Positions 7,320-16,155 of a stretch of 32,000 bases of DNA are shown here, piece after piece. The position numbers and the translations under genes are program-made. How positions within the stretch are numbered: the first letter of the stretch is position 1; the number at the start of each line of letters is the position of its first letter. Below the pieces are notes generated by a model. That model had not been told where the DNA came from. It did no database searches and worked only from the letters and a program-made list of their open reading frames with translations. This DNA comes from Mucisphaera calidilacus (GTDB taxonomy: Bacteria; Planctomycetota; Phycisphaerae; Phycisphaerales; Phycisphaeraceae): contig NZ_CP036280.1 in NCBI RefSeq assembly GCF_007748075.1, forward strand, positions 2,340,001-2,372,000, read 5' to 3'.

Positions 7320-7966
7320 GTCAACCCGGCTTGCGGGGGATGAGCGTAATACCAGACGGTGCGCGCAGCGGCGTAGGCAAGGACCGCGGAGAGATAGACA
7401 TCGGTGATGAAGTGGGCGCCGGCGATCACCCGGGTAGCACCACAGCCGATGCCGAGAATCAGCCAGACAGGCGTCGAACGCGGGTACAGACGGCAGAGAA
7501 TGAACGCCGCAGCGAACGCCGTGGCCGCGTGCCCGGACGGCAGACCGATGCCACCGGTAGAAAGCGGCGCATCGACCCAGTCACGCCAGCCGTAGTCGCC
7601 GTCGTTCAACTCAGGCCGCTGCCGCTTCGAGATGATCTTCAGAACCTCGGACAACGCCGCTGCAAGAGCGATCGGAGCGAGAAGGATGAGCGACGGGTGC
7701 CAGTTACCCCTGCGCGCCTTGCGACCAAGTTCGAGGAGAAGAACCGTCGCGAACAAAAGCCAGGTCGGGAAGTAACCGGCGATGCGCAGCAGGCGGTGCC
7801 AGTCCTCGATGACGCTGCGTTTGTGGGTCAGATGCACCCAGCCCCAATGATCGAGCGGCGTGAGCAAAGCGAAACCCGCGACCGCAACGACGAGCAACAG
7901 CAGCACGCTCTTCCAGCCCGGCGTGACACCGCCACGTGTGCGCATCGTGGGCAACTCATCGCTCAT
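7295..7966 (-). CDS. PAP2-family phosphatase (phosphatidic acid / undecaprenyl-diphosphate / lipid phosphatase type)
   Basis: All three PAP2 motifs are present: KRQRPE (Kx6RP), PSGHA, and RVIAGAHFITDV (Rx5Hx3D). Several TM helices. Start is placed at ATG 7966 (GGAG 9 nt upstream), overlapping the upstream gene's stop by 11 nt. The 3' end overlaps the convergent PEGA gene by 25 nt. Confidence 0.85.
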   Translation of the reverse strand: MSDELPTMRTRGGVTPGWKSVLLLLVVAVAGFALLTPLDHWGWVHLTHKRSVIEDWHRLLRIAGYFPTWLLFATVLLLELGRKARRGNWHPSLILLAPIALAAALSEVLKIISKRQRPELNDGDYGWRDWVDAPLSTGGIGLPSGHAATAFAAAFILCRLYPRSTPVWLILGIGCGATRVIAGAHFITDVYLSAVLAYAAARTVWYYAHPPQAGLTQSSSEMG

Positions 7967-9560
7967 CGAAAGACTCCGTGGTGCCGAGGTAGCCATAGCC
8001 CACGCTGATATCGCGATGATCGGGGAGCGCCTCGATACGCTCAAAGACCAGACCGGTCACCCACTTCCGGGGCTGCGTGCCGATCAGGATGGCGGGGCGA
8101 CCGAGCAGGTCTTCGCGCTCCAGACTCGTGTCCGCGAAGTAGTCGTAAGAAGACTCGCGGTCGCCGAGCGCAGAAGCACCACTGAAAACGACGGGGTGGC
8201 CCGGATGGTAGTAGGCAATCAAGGCCGCACGGCCGTAGTGGGCACCGACGATGAACGGATCCAGCCCGGTCTCTTCCGCAATGCGCTGCTGGATCTCGGC
8301 AACACACAACGCCTCCTCCTCAGACCGCGACACGCGTTGCAGACCCTTCTCGATAGCGCCGTGGAACGGGAGCAGGTGGACGCCGGGCGCCCGCATCAGA
8401 TGCGGACCAAAGAGAATCAGCGGCGCAGCGATCACGGCGATGGTCAGAATGGCGTGCCAGCCGAATTTCCACGGGTTGTAGCCGGGGCTGCAGAGGCGCG
8501 TAGGCAGGCCGACAGCGGCCACCGGGATGAGGGTGATCCAGCCCGCCGCGGGCCAATTCGCCTCGACGTTGGTCGCGAAGGAGACCAGAAAATAGAGGCC
8601 GAAAACAGGCCAGGCCATCCACGTCAGCAGGCGGATCCCCGAGCGTGTCGGGTCGTCCACGAAACTCACGCGACGCAGCGCGAGAATCACCAGCAACGAG
8701 ATGCCCGGTGCGATCAGCAACATCTGCACCGCGACGGCTTCGAGCGTCCAGAGCGGGTTGTAAAACCAACGTCTCGCGGGTTCGAGATCGCCTCCCGGTG
8801 CGCCCAGATGCCCGAGCAGGTGCGCGACCGTGGGCCAGCCGTTCATCTGGTTCCAGATGGCGATCGGGAGCATCGTGACGAGGGCGAGGACGACGGCGAG
8901 CAGCGGCCCCGATCGGCCGAGGCGAAGGCCGGGACGAAGCCTGCACGCCGACACGAAACCGATCACGAGACCCGGGATGAGCAGGAGCATCGTGTACTTG
9001 AGCAGCACACCGACGCCGACCGTAATCCCCAAGGCGCACCAGAGCCAGAGCGTGCTCCGCGAGGTGGTGAGGATCCTGAGAGCGATCGCGGCGGCAATGG
9101 CCCAAGCCGCAAAGAAAGGCGCGTCGATCGTCATGAACTGACTGGTGGCGAACAGGAATGGCGCAAAGGCGGCCATGACGGCGGCATAAAACGGCGCGCG
9201 TGGCTGCCCGTGGCCCAGGCGAGCGGTCATCCAGCCGCAGGCGAGGATGGTCAGGCTGCCGGAGACCGCTGCAGGAAATCGGACGGCCCATGCCTCGTGG
9301 CCGAAGAGCCGCGTCGACAGACCGATCAGCCAGGCGATGCCCGGGCCCTTGCTGTAGTACGACCAGTCAATGCGGCGCGACCAGTCCCAGTACTGCGCCT
9401 CGTCACCCGCGAGCTCGTAGGGGTTGTCGAGAATGAGATACAGCACCCGCAAGGCGAAGATCAGCAGCGCGAAACGCACAACCCTTCCCAACCATCGGTT
9501 CTCCGTGTCGGCGAGGGATGTGCAAGAGCGTGGCTCGGCGGGACGGTTCATCACGGTCAT
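7956..9560 (-). CDS. GT-C fold glycosyltransferase, ArnT/PMT-like (GT39/GT83 family)
   Basis: Polytopic membrane protein. The first-loop motif LAGDEAQYWDWSRRIDWSYYSKGPG is typical of ArnT / dolichyl-phosphate-mannose transferase-like enzymes. Start is uncertain (ATG 9560 or 9551; the track ORF begins at 9635). Confidence 0.8.
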   Translation of the reverse strand: MTVMNRPAEPRSCTSLADTENRWLGRVVRFALLIFALRVLYLILDNPYELAGDEAQYWDWSRRIDWSYYSKGPGIAWLIGLSTRLFGHEAWAVRFPAAVSGSLTILACGWMTARLGHGQPRAPFYAAVMAAFAPFLFATSQFMTIDAPFFAAWAIAAAIALRILTTSRSTLWLWCALGITVGVGVLLKYTMLLLIPGLVIGFVSACRLRPGLRLGRSGPLLAVVLALVTMLPIAIWNQMNGWPTVAHLLGHLGAPGGDLEPARRWFYNPLWTLEAVAVQMLLIAPGISLLVILALRRVSFVDDPTRSGIRLLTWMAWPVFGLYFLVSFATNVEANWPAAGWITLIPVAAVGLPTRLCSPGYNPWKFGWHAILTIAVIAAPLILFGPHLMRAPGVHLLPFHGAIEKGLQRVSRSEEEALCVAEIQQRIAEETGLDPFIVGAHYGRAALIAYYHPGHPVVFSGASALGDRESSYDYFADTSLEREDLLGRPAILIGTQPRKWVTGLVFERIEALPDHRDISVGYGYLGTTESFDER

Positions 9561-9654
9561 CCTAAATTGACTCGGCGGGCCGTGTCGGCTCTGTCCTGAC
9601 CGGCGTGATCGTCGTAGACTCCAAACGTCATGCAAGCCCGCGTGGAAGACCGTG

Positions 9655-10002
9655 ATGGATGAATATGTGCCCAGCCGCCTCGACCTCGACCGCGAGAACG
9701 CGCTGACAATCCGCTGGAGTGACGGCCGCGTGTCGGTCTACCCCATCGCCTACCTGCGTCGCCTGTCGCCATCCGCGGACGCCCGGGAGATGCGCAAGGA
9801 GATCGAGAGCAACCCCCTGACGGTGCTCCCCTCAACTGACGGCGGGCCGCTACGGGCGGAATCAGCCGAGCTGGTGGGCAACTACGCCCTGCGCATCCGC
9901 TTCTCCGACGGACACGACACCGGGCTCTACTCGTGGGCCTATCTCCGGGAGATCGACCCCGGCCGAGACGATGCTCACGACCGGGCCACGCCCCCGTCTT
10001 AA
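9655..10002 (+). CDS. DUF971 domain protein (gamma-butyrobetaine hydroxylase N-terminal-like)
   Basis: Two halves, LTIRWSDGRVSVYPIAYLRRLSP and YALRIRFSDGHDTGLYSWAYLREI, match the DUF971 pattern as I recall it. Confidence 0.7.
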   Translation: MDEYVPSRLDLDRENALTIRWSDGRVSVYPIAYLRRLSPSADAREMRKEIESNPLTVLPSTDGGPLRAESAELVGNYALRIRFSDGHDTGLYSWAYLREIDPGRDDAHDRATPPS

Positions 10003-10029
10003 CCGAATCGTCACATGTTAGGATTCGGT
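10002..10029 (+). promoter_or_regulatory. 8-bp stem / 12-nt loop hairpin overlapping the stop codon of the DUF971 gene (its last base) and extending downstream, upstream of phoB
   Basis: ACCGAATC-GTCACATGTTAG-GATTCGGT. No T-run. Could be a weak terminator or an operator. Confidence 0.3.
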
Positions 10030-10074
10030 ATTGTGGTGCCGTTCAGGAGGGTGTGGTCCTCATCGGAGACCTCG

Positions 10075-10797
10075 ATGTCTGACACGCAGGCACATAACGG
10101 CAGCAATGCAGACACGTCGATCCTCCTCGTCGAAGACGAGCAGGACCTGCTTGAATTGCTCGAATACAACCTCGAGCGTGAGGGCTACAAGGTCCGCACC
10201 GCTACCACGGGCGAGGCCGGTCTCAAGGCAGTGCGATCGGAACTCCCGGACATGATCCTGCTCGACCTCATGCTCCCCGGGATGGACGGCCTGGAAGTCT
10301 GCCGCACGCTCAAGTCCCGTGAAAACACCGCGGTGGTGCCCGTCATCATGCTGACGGCCAAGGGCGAGGAATCGGACATCGTGCGCGGCCTCGAACTGGG
10401 CGCGGACGACTACATCACCAAGCCCTTCAGCCCGCGCGTCCTCCTGGCACGCATCCGGGCCCTGCTCCGCCGCTCCGTCGATGGCGTGATCGAGGGCGAC
10501 GACAGCCGAACGATCGATACCGGACAGGTCGTCATCGACCTCGAACGCCACGAAGTACGCTCCAGCGGCGACGTCGTCGACCTCACCGCGACCGAGTTCA
10601 AGCTGCTCAGGCTGCTGGCCGCCCGTCGGGGCCGTGTCTTCACACGCCAGCAGATCATCGAGTCGATCCACGAGGGCTTCGCCGCCGTCACCGACCGCTC
10701 GGTCGACGTCCAGGTCGTCTCCCTCCGCCGCAAGCTGGGCGACGTGGGCCAGCAGATCGAGACGGTCCGTGGCGTGGGGTATCGCTTCCGCGACTGA
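10075..10797 (+). CDS. phoB: OmpR/PhoB-family response regulator
   Basis: Receiver domain (ILLVEDEQDL, ILLDLMLPGMDG, TAKG) plus a winged-helix output domain (LTATEFKLLRLLA..., VRGVGYRF). GGAGA lies upstream of ATG 10075. The phoB call rests on the adjacent PhoR-like kinase and phoU. Confidence 0.75.
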   Translation: MSDTQAHNGSNADTSILLVEDEQDLLELLEYNLEREGYKVRTATTGEAGLKAVRSELPDMILLDLMLPGMDGLEVCRTLKSRENTAVVPVIMLTAKGEESDIVRGLELGADDYITKPFSPRVLLARIRALLRRSVDGVIEGDDSRTIDTGQVVIDLERHEVRSSGDVVDLTATEFKLLRLLAARRGRVFTRQQIIESIHEGFAAVTDRSVDVQVVSLRRKLGDVGQQIETVRGVGYRFRD

Positions 10798-10854
10798 GCC
10801 GATTCGTTCACAGGGGTCGCTCGCGGCCGCCGATCGTTGTCATACGGACGCCTG

Positions 10855-12180
10855 ATGCTGGATCCGACTACGTCTCAGATCATCCTCGCCATCGCGATCC
10901 TCCTCGCGGTCATCGTCGTGGTCGTGATCTACCAGGTCGCACGCGCGATCCGTGAGTTCCGACGGGCCGCGATCCGGCTGGCCAGCGGCGACCTGAGCAA
11001 GCCGGTGCGCGCAACCGGCACCCTGCGGCTGGCCGGACTCGCCGAAACCCTCGACGAGATGGCCTCGCAGCTTCAGGGACGTCTCTCGGACGTCGTGCAG
11101 CAACGCAACGAACTCGGCGCGGTGCTCTCGTCCATGCGCGAGGGCGTGATGGCGATCGACCTCGACGAGCGGGTGCTGAGCCTCAACCGCGCCGCGGCCG
11201 AACTCCTGCGCCTCTCGCCCGAGCAGACCATCGGCCGGCCGATCCAGGAAGTCATCCGCAACGCGGCCCTCCAGAAGTTCGTGACCCAGACCCTGAGGGA
11301 CGGCGCCGCCGACGAAGCCGAGATGAACCTCCGCGTCGGCACCAGTGACGGCGGAACCCGACGCTACTTCCAGATCCAGAGCGGCATGCTCCGTGACGCG
11401 CGGGGCGAACGCCTCGGTGCGGTCATCGTGCTCCACGACGTGACCCAGGTCCGCCGGCTCGAACGCATCCGGCGCGAGTTTGTGGCGAACGTCTCGCACG
11501 AGGTCAAGACCCCGGTCAGCGCCATCAAAGCCGCCTCGGAGACGCTCATCGAAGACCCCGACATCGCGCCCGAGGGACGCCAACGCTTCCTGCGCATCGT
11601 CGCACGACAGGCCTCACGCCTCGAGGCCATCGTCGAGGACCTCCTGAGCCTCGCACGCATCGAACAGCAGCGCGGCGAGGTACAGGCGGAACTCGAGGGT
11701 CAACGCGTGCTCCCCGTGATCCAGGCCGCCGTGGAAACCCTCCACACCAGGGCACGCTCACGATCGGTCGCCGTCCGCGTCGAGGACCACGACGAACTCC
11801 AGGCCAGGATCAACCCGGCCCTGCTCGAGCAGGCCGTCGTCAACCTCATCGACAACGCCATCAAGTACGGCCCCGAGGGCAGCGAGGTCAGCATCCGCGT
11901 CACCTCCGATCACGACGAGGTGGTCATCGCCGTCTCCGATCAGGGACGAGGCATCGAGCCGGAACACCTGCCACGAATCTTCGAAAGATTTTACCGCACC
12001 GACCGCTCCCGCAGCCGTGAACTGGGCGGAACCGGACTGGGCCTGTCGATCGTCAAACACGTCGCCGAAGCCCACGGCGGACGCGTCAGCGTCGATTCCG
12101 TCCCCGACGAGGGATGCACCTTCCGGATCCACCTCAACCCCACCGCCTACGCTGCAACCGCGGCACACACCAAGAATTAA
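10855..12180 (+). CDS. phoR: PhoR-like sensor histidine kinase (TM, HAMP, PAS, HisKA, HATPase_c)
   Basis: H-box FVANVSHEVKTPVSAI. N/G boxes NLIDNAIKY, DQGRGI, and FYRTDRSRSRELGGTGLGLSIVKH, which closely resembles the E. coli PhoR C-terminus. N-terminal TM helix followed by a HAMP-like segment. Confidence 0.75.
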   Translation: MLDPTTSQIILAIAILLAVIVVVVIYQVARAIREFRRAAIRLASGDLSKPVRATGTLRLAGLAETLDEMASQLQGRLSDVVQQRNELGAVLSSMREGVMAIDLDERVLSLNRAAAELLRLSPEQTIGRPIQEVIRNAALQKFVTQTLRDGAADEAEMNLRVGTSDGGTRRYFQIQSGMLRDARGERLGAVIVLHDVTQVRRLERIRREFVANVSHEVKTPVSAIKAASETLIEDPDIAPEGRQRFLRIVARQASRLEAIVEDLLSLARIEQQRGEVQAELEGQRVLPVIQAAVETLHTRARSRSVAVRVEDHDELQARINPALLEQAVVNLIDNAIKYGPEGSEVSIRVTSDHDEVVIAVSDQGRGIEPEHLPRIFERFYRTDRSRSRELGGTGLGLSIVKHVAEAHGGRVSVDSVPDEGCTFRIHLNPTAYAATAAHTKN

Positions 12181-12264
12181 TGTTGGCATCCACGCAATAA
12201 CCGATTATGCTTGGGGATTACCTGTCAAGGACTCGGGTTACGGTTTTCTCTGCGGAGCGGTCAC

Positions 12265-12945
12265 GTGCCGACACACCTTCAGCGACAACTCGACAAGCTC
12301 AAACGCTCGCTGCTCTCGCTGGGCACCCTCGTCGAGGAGGCCGTAGACGGAGCGATCCGCGCGATCCAGAGCCGAGACGTCACGCTGGCCGAAGAAGTCA
12401 TCGCGGGCGACGCCGCCATCGACCAGCTCGAGATCGATGTCGAGGAGGAATGCCTCCACACCCTGGCCCTCCACCAGCCCGTCGCTTTTGACCTGCGCTT
12501 CGTTGTCGCGGTCCTCAAGATCAACAACGACCTCGAACGCATCGGCGACCTCGCAGTCAACGCCGCCCAGCAGGCACAGTTCCTCGCCTCCTGCGCTATG
12601 GTCGACCGTGTGCCCTTCAACCTCGGACGCATGAGCGAACTCGTCCAGCAGATGCTCAGCAAGAGCCTAGACGCGCTGGTCAACCTCGACCCCGAACTGG
12701 CCCGTGAGGTCAGAACACTCGACGACACCGTCGACAGCATCCACCGCGATATGTACGACCGCATCTCCGACTCGATGCGGAAAAACCAGGACCAGATCGA
12801 GCAGATGGTCCACCTGATCAACGTCTCGAGGCAGCTCGAGCGGATGGCCGATCACGCCGTCAACATCGCCAAGGACGTCATCTATATGGCCGAGGGCGAC
12901 ATCGTCCGCCACCGCAAGCTCCCGCCGCGCGAGGCGAGCGCCTGA
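12265..12945 (+). CDS. phoU: Phosphate signalling complex protein PhoU
   Basis: Duplicated PhoU repeat (AIDQLEIDVEEECLHTLALHQPVAFDLRFVVAVLKINNDLERIGDLAVN and VDSIHRDMYDRI...INVSRQLERMADHAVNIA). GTG 12265 has GGAG 7 nt upstream. Confidence 0.9.
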   Translation: MPTHLQRQLDKLKRSLLSLGTLVEEAVDGAIRAIQSRDVTLAEEVIAGDAAIDQLEIDVEEECLHTLALHQPVAFDLRFVVAVLKINNDLERIGDLAVNAAQQAQFLASCAMVDRVPFNLGRMSELVQQMLSKSLDALVNLDPELAREVRTLDDTVDSIHRDMYDRISDSMRKNQDQIEQMVHLINVSRQLERMADHAVNIAKDVIYMAEGDIVRHRKLPPREASA

Positions 12946-15900
12946 TCAACCCGCCGACGAATCGATACCGATCACCGACCCGGGATGAACCATCAGCAGA
13001 CGCCCACGCACCTCGGACGCGTCCAGCCCCAGCACGCGTGCCGCGGCACGGACGTAACGCTGAACCTGCTCGGCATGCCGATCACAGGTCAAAGCCCGAT
13101 CCGCCTCGGAGTCCGTGACCCTGTCGGTCTTGAAATCAAGAACCTCCGCCGCCACAGGCCTGCCCCCCCGCTGCCAGACCACCAGCCGGTCGATCCGCCC
13201 AGTGTGAAGATGACCCGCGTCATCACGGAATGCGAACGGTACCTCGCTACGCGTCTCGGCTGCCCCGCGACGGCTCAGGGCCTCGGCGATCGGCGGGGCG
13301 CTCAGTGCCGACCTCGCCTCACGCACCCAGTCCATGACCCGGTCGTGCCGGTCTACCGGCAGACCCGCGTCGCGCAGCAGCTCCAGAGCAGCCTCATCAT
13401 CAGCGCACCAGGCGGGGATCTGCTCGTCGAGAAAACCAACGCCCTCCAGCAGCGTGTGCACCGCGTCGCCCCGGGACGTCGCCTCCGACGCCCGGTCCTG
13501 CTGAAAGATCGTCGCGAGCCTCGGCACAACGCCATGCGCCGTAGCCGACTGGCGTGTCGGCGCTGATCCCGAAGCGAGGGTCAGACGCAGCGGCACACAA
13601 TCCGGCGGCGGCTCGACAGGCTCGGACCCGGCACGCTCGTGCCAGTCGGGTTCACCATACGACCGGTACTCCGCGGCCACGTCATCCGCCTTGAGCTCAA
13701 TGCCAAGCGTCTGACGGATCAGCGACGCGTGCGTGCGGTTCCTCGTGCCTTCCTTGCTTACCCCCCCCTTGATAGCGGCCACCGGCCGGAGAAACACATA
13801 GAGGCCGTAGCGGGCGCGGGTCATCGCCACGTACAGCAGGCACAGACGTTCAATCAGCTCAACAGCGTTCGTCGCGTTGACACTGGCCTCGATCTCAGGG
13901 AAGTAGCCACGCAAGTCCGAAGAGGGGCTCACCGCGACACGCCGGATCTGGTGCGTCTCCGGGTCACGGTCGATCGCCAGACCGCCGCGTGCCCGCCATG
14001 TCTGCTCCAGATCCGGCAGCACAACCGCGTCGAACTCCAGCCCCTTCGACGCGTGGATGGTCATCACACGAACCGGCGAGGCAGAGGGGTCCCGGACACT
14101 CGTGGTCCGGACGTGATGCACAAAGGCCAGCGGGCGCAACGCAGGCGGCTCCGGCTGAGCACCCGCCACCGCGTCGAACTGCTGAGCGAGCACGAGCAGT
14201 TGCGTCAACCGCCGCCAGCGACGGGCGTCGCACTGACCGGCCAGCGGCTGGATCCAGCGCTGAAGCACGCGGCCGAAGCCCTCACGCAGCAGCACGCCAC
14301 GCAGACGAGCCGCCCACGAACCGAGCTGACGCGCGTCATCAGGCAGCCGAACAACCTCCGCCAACGGGCTGTTGCGGACGTGGAACGCGGCCGCCTCGTC
14401 GCCGGGGTGATCCGCCAGCCTCATGACCGACAACACCGCCTCGACGGCCGAGTCACCCTCGATCGGCACGCCGCCCTGATCCGAAGCGTCGACGCCGAGC
14501 GCACGCAGGGCAAGGATGAGGTCGGTCGCGACGACACGACGACTCACAAGCACACCGACCGAACGCTCGGGCATCCCGCGGTGAAGGTTGGCGACGTAAC
14601 GGGCAACCTCATCGAGATGAACGTCGGCACCGGCATCATCATCGGCCGGCGACGTGCAGCGAATCGTGACATAACCCGGTCGGTCCGCACGCGCCGCAAC
14701 ATGCTCGGGATACTTCTTGACCCAGTCACTGACCGCTTCCCGTTCCTCGTCGGTCTGATAGATCGACACGTCCGACGCGTGCATGAACACGTCATTGACC
14801 GCGTCGAGCACCGGCTGCGCACAGCGGTAGATACGCCCCAGCGATTCGGACCGAGAGCCCGCCCGGTCCGCCATCTCGGCGACCTCGTCGAACAGCCGCA
14901 CGTCGCCCCCCCGCCAACCGTAGATCGCCTGCTTGGTATCACCCACACAAAACAGCGAACGCCCGGACTCCTCCGCACGCCCGTGGGCCAGTAACTCCTC
15001 CACCAGCGGCTGCAGAACGTCCCACTGCTCCCGGCTGGTGTCCTGGAACTCATCGAGCATCAGGTGCGTAACCTGCCCGTCGAGCCGAAAATACAGGTCG
15101 GTGATCCAGTCGGCCGTCGACTGCCGGATCCGCTGCCCCAGCAGGCGCGTCGGTTCGCTGTAGAACGCAACCCCCTGCTCCGCCGTGATCTCCCGCCAGG
15201 CCTCCGCAAAGCGCTCGAGAAAGTGAGCACTCGCGCTCGTCCGCCAAGCATACGCCTCACTGATATGCGCCAGCGCATGATCGATCAGAGGCCGGATCGC
15301 AGCGACGAATTCAGGTGTGATATCGCCGCGGCTGAAGGTTGGTTCCCGAAGCCTGACCTTCGTGGCCAGACCGTTGCCCAACACGCCGAGCCATTCCTGG
15401 GCACGGGCGGCATCAAGCAGGGCCTGCCACGCCCTTGAAAACAGCTTGTTCGGCTTGCCCGCCTTGGTCTGAGGCAGGATGTCGTGACAAGACTGCAGCC
15501 GGTCGATCGCCTCGTTGAGCCGGTCGTCGGTCAGCCGGTGTCCATAATCACCAAACGACCACAACGCCGCGTCGGGCGCCTGGGTCCACACGTCATACAT
15601 CTCGGCGCTCACCTCGAGTATGGCCTGCGTCACCGAACGACGCGAGGCACCCGAAGCCAGCTGACGCACCCACTGGCCGAGCGTGTCGATCTCTTCCTGA
15701 TCGGTGTAGTTCGCGAGCAGCCGCTCGATGCTCCGCTGTCGCAGGTCATCCGCCAGCGACGAACGCTCGTCGAGCATCACCGGATCGTCGGGCATCCCCA
15801 ACTCGAAGGCGAACATGCCGGCCAGCCTCTGGAACGTGGCGTCGATCGTGCCGATCGGCAGACCCGGCAAAGCGGGCAGCAGCCGGTCAAAAAGAACCTC

Positions 15901-16155
15901 CACGTCGTCCCGCGACAGATCAAGACCGGTGTCGCTGCGCAGCCCAGCCAGAGCCTGCTCGTCGTTCGCCGCACCGACCAGCCACGAGAGAACACGGTCG
16001 CGGATCTCGCCCGCCGCGGCACGCGTGAAGGTGGTCGCGAGAATCCGCCGGGGATCCGCTCCCTCATGCAGCAGCGTCAGGTACTGACACGCCAGACGGA
16101 ACGTCTTGCCCGAGCCTGCAGACGCACGGATCACCTGGTGCCGGACACGCGTCAT
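12946..16155 (-). CDS. addA: AddA-type ATP-dependent helicase/nuclease (UvrD/Rep SF1 helicase with C-terminal PD-(D/E)XK nuclease)
   Basis: Walker A ASAGSGKTF. Helicase blocks TTFTRAAAGEIRDR, MLDEFQDTS, VGDTKQAIYGWRGG, MTIHASKGLEFD, LLYVAMTRAR. C-terminal nuclease motif GRIDRLVVW...EVLDFKTD. The ATG overlaps the addB stop. Confidence 0.85.
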   Translation of the reverse strand: MTRVRHQVIRASAGSGKTFRLACQYLTLLHEGADPRRILATTFTRAAAGEIRDRVLSWLVGAANDEQALAGLRSDTGLDLSRDDVEVLFDRLLPALPGLPIGTIDATFQRLAGMFAFELGMPDDPVMLDERSSLADDLRQRSIERLLANYTDQEEIDTLGQWVRQLASGASRRSVTQAILEVSAEMYDVWTQAPDAALWSFGDYGHRLTDDRLNEAIDRLQSCHDILPQTKAGKPNKLFSRAWQALLDAARAQEWLGVLGNGLATKVRLREPTFSRGDITPEFVAAIRPLIDHALAHISEAYAWRTSASAHFLERFAEAWREITAEQGVAFYSEPTRLLGQRIRQSTADWITDLYFRLDGQVTHLMLDEFQDTSREQWDVLQPLVEELLAHGRAEESGRSLFCVGDTKQAIYGWRGGDVRLFDEVAEMADRAGSRSESLGRIYRCAQPVLDAVNDVFMHASDVSIYQTDEEREAVSDWVKKYPEHVAARADRPGYVTIRCTSPADDDAGADVHLDEVARYVANLHRGMPERSVGVLVSRRVVATDLILALRALGVDASDQGGVPIEGDSAVEAVLSVMRLADHPGDEAAAFHVRNSPLAEVVRLPDDARQLGSWAARLRGVLLREGFGRVLQRWIQPLAGQCDARRWRRLTQLLVLAQQFDAVAGAQPEPPALRPLAFVHHVRTTSVRDPSASPVRVMTIHASKGLEFDAVVLPDLEQTWRARGGLAIDRDPETHQIRRVAVSPSSDLRGYFPEIEASVNATNAVELIERLCLLYVAMTRARYGLYVFLRPVAAIKGGVSKEGTRNRTHASLIRQTLGIELKADDVAAEYRSYGEPDWHERAGSEPVEPPPDCVPLRLTLASGSAPTRQSATAHGVVPRLATIFQQDRASEATSRGDAVHTLLEGVGFLDEQIPAWCADDEAALELLRDAGLPVDRHDRVMDWVREARSALSAPPIAEALSRRGAAETRSEVPFAFRDDAGHLHTGRIDRLVVWQRGGRPVAAEVLDFKTDRVTDSEADRALTCDRHAEQVQRYVRAAARVLGLDASEVRGRLLMVHPGSVIGIDSSAG

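Noticed and set aside
12222-12227. CTGTCA, a Pho-box half-site, upstream of phoU
   Set aside because: It is a single hexamer with no second copy at the 11-nt spacing that an E. coli-type Pho box requires.
13761-13768. Homopolymeric C8/G8 tracts inside coding regions (also 28482-28489, and C7 tracts at 1447-1453, 13173-13179 and 14906-14912) as possible phase-variation slip sites
   Set aside because: They encode Gly-Gly (GGG GGG) in frame within conserved or long intact ORFs. Such runs are expected in a high-GC genome. No frameshifted gene halves flank them.
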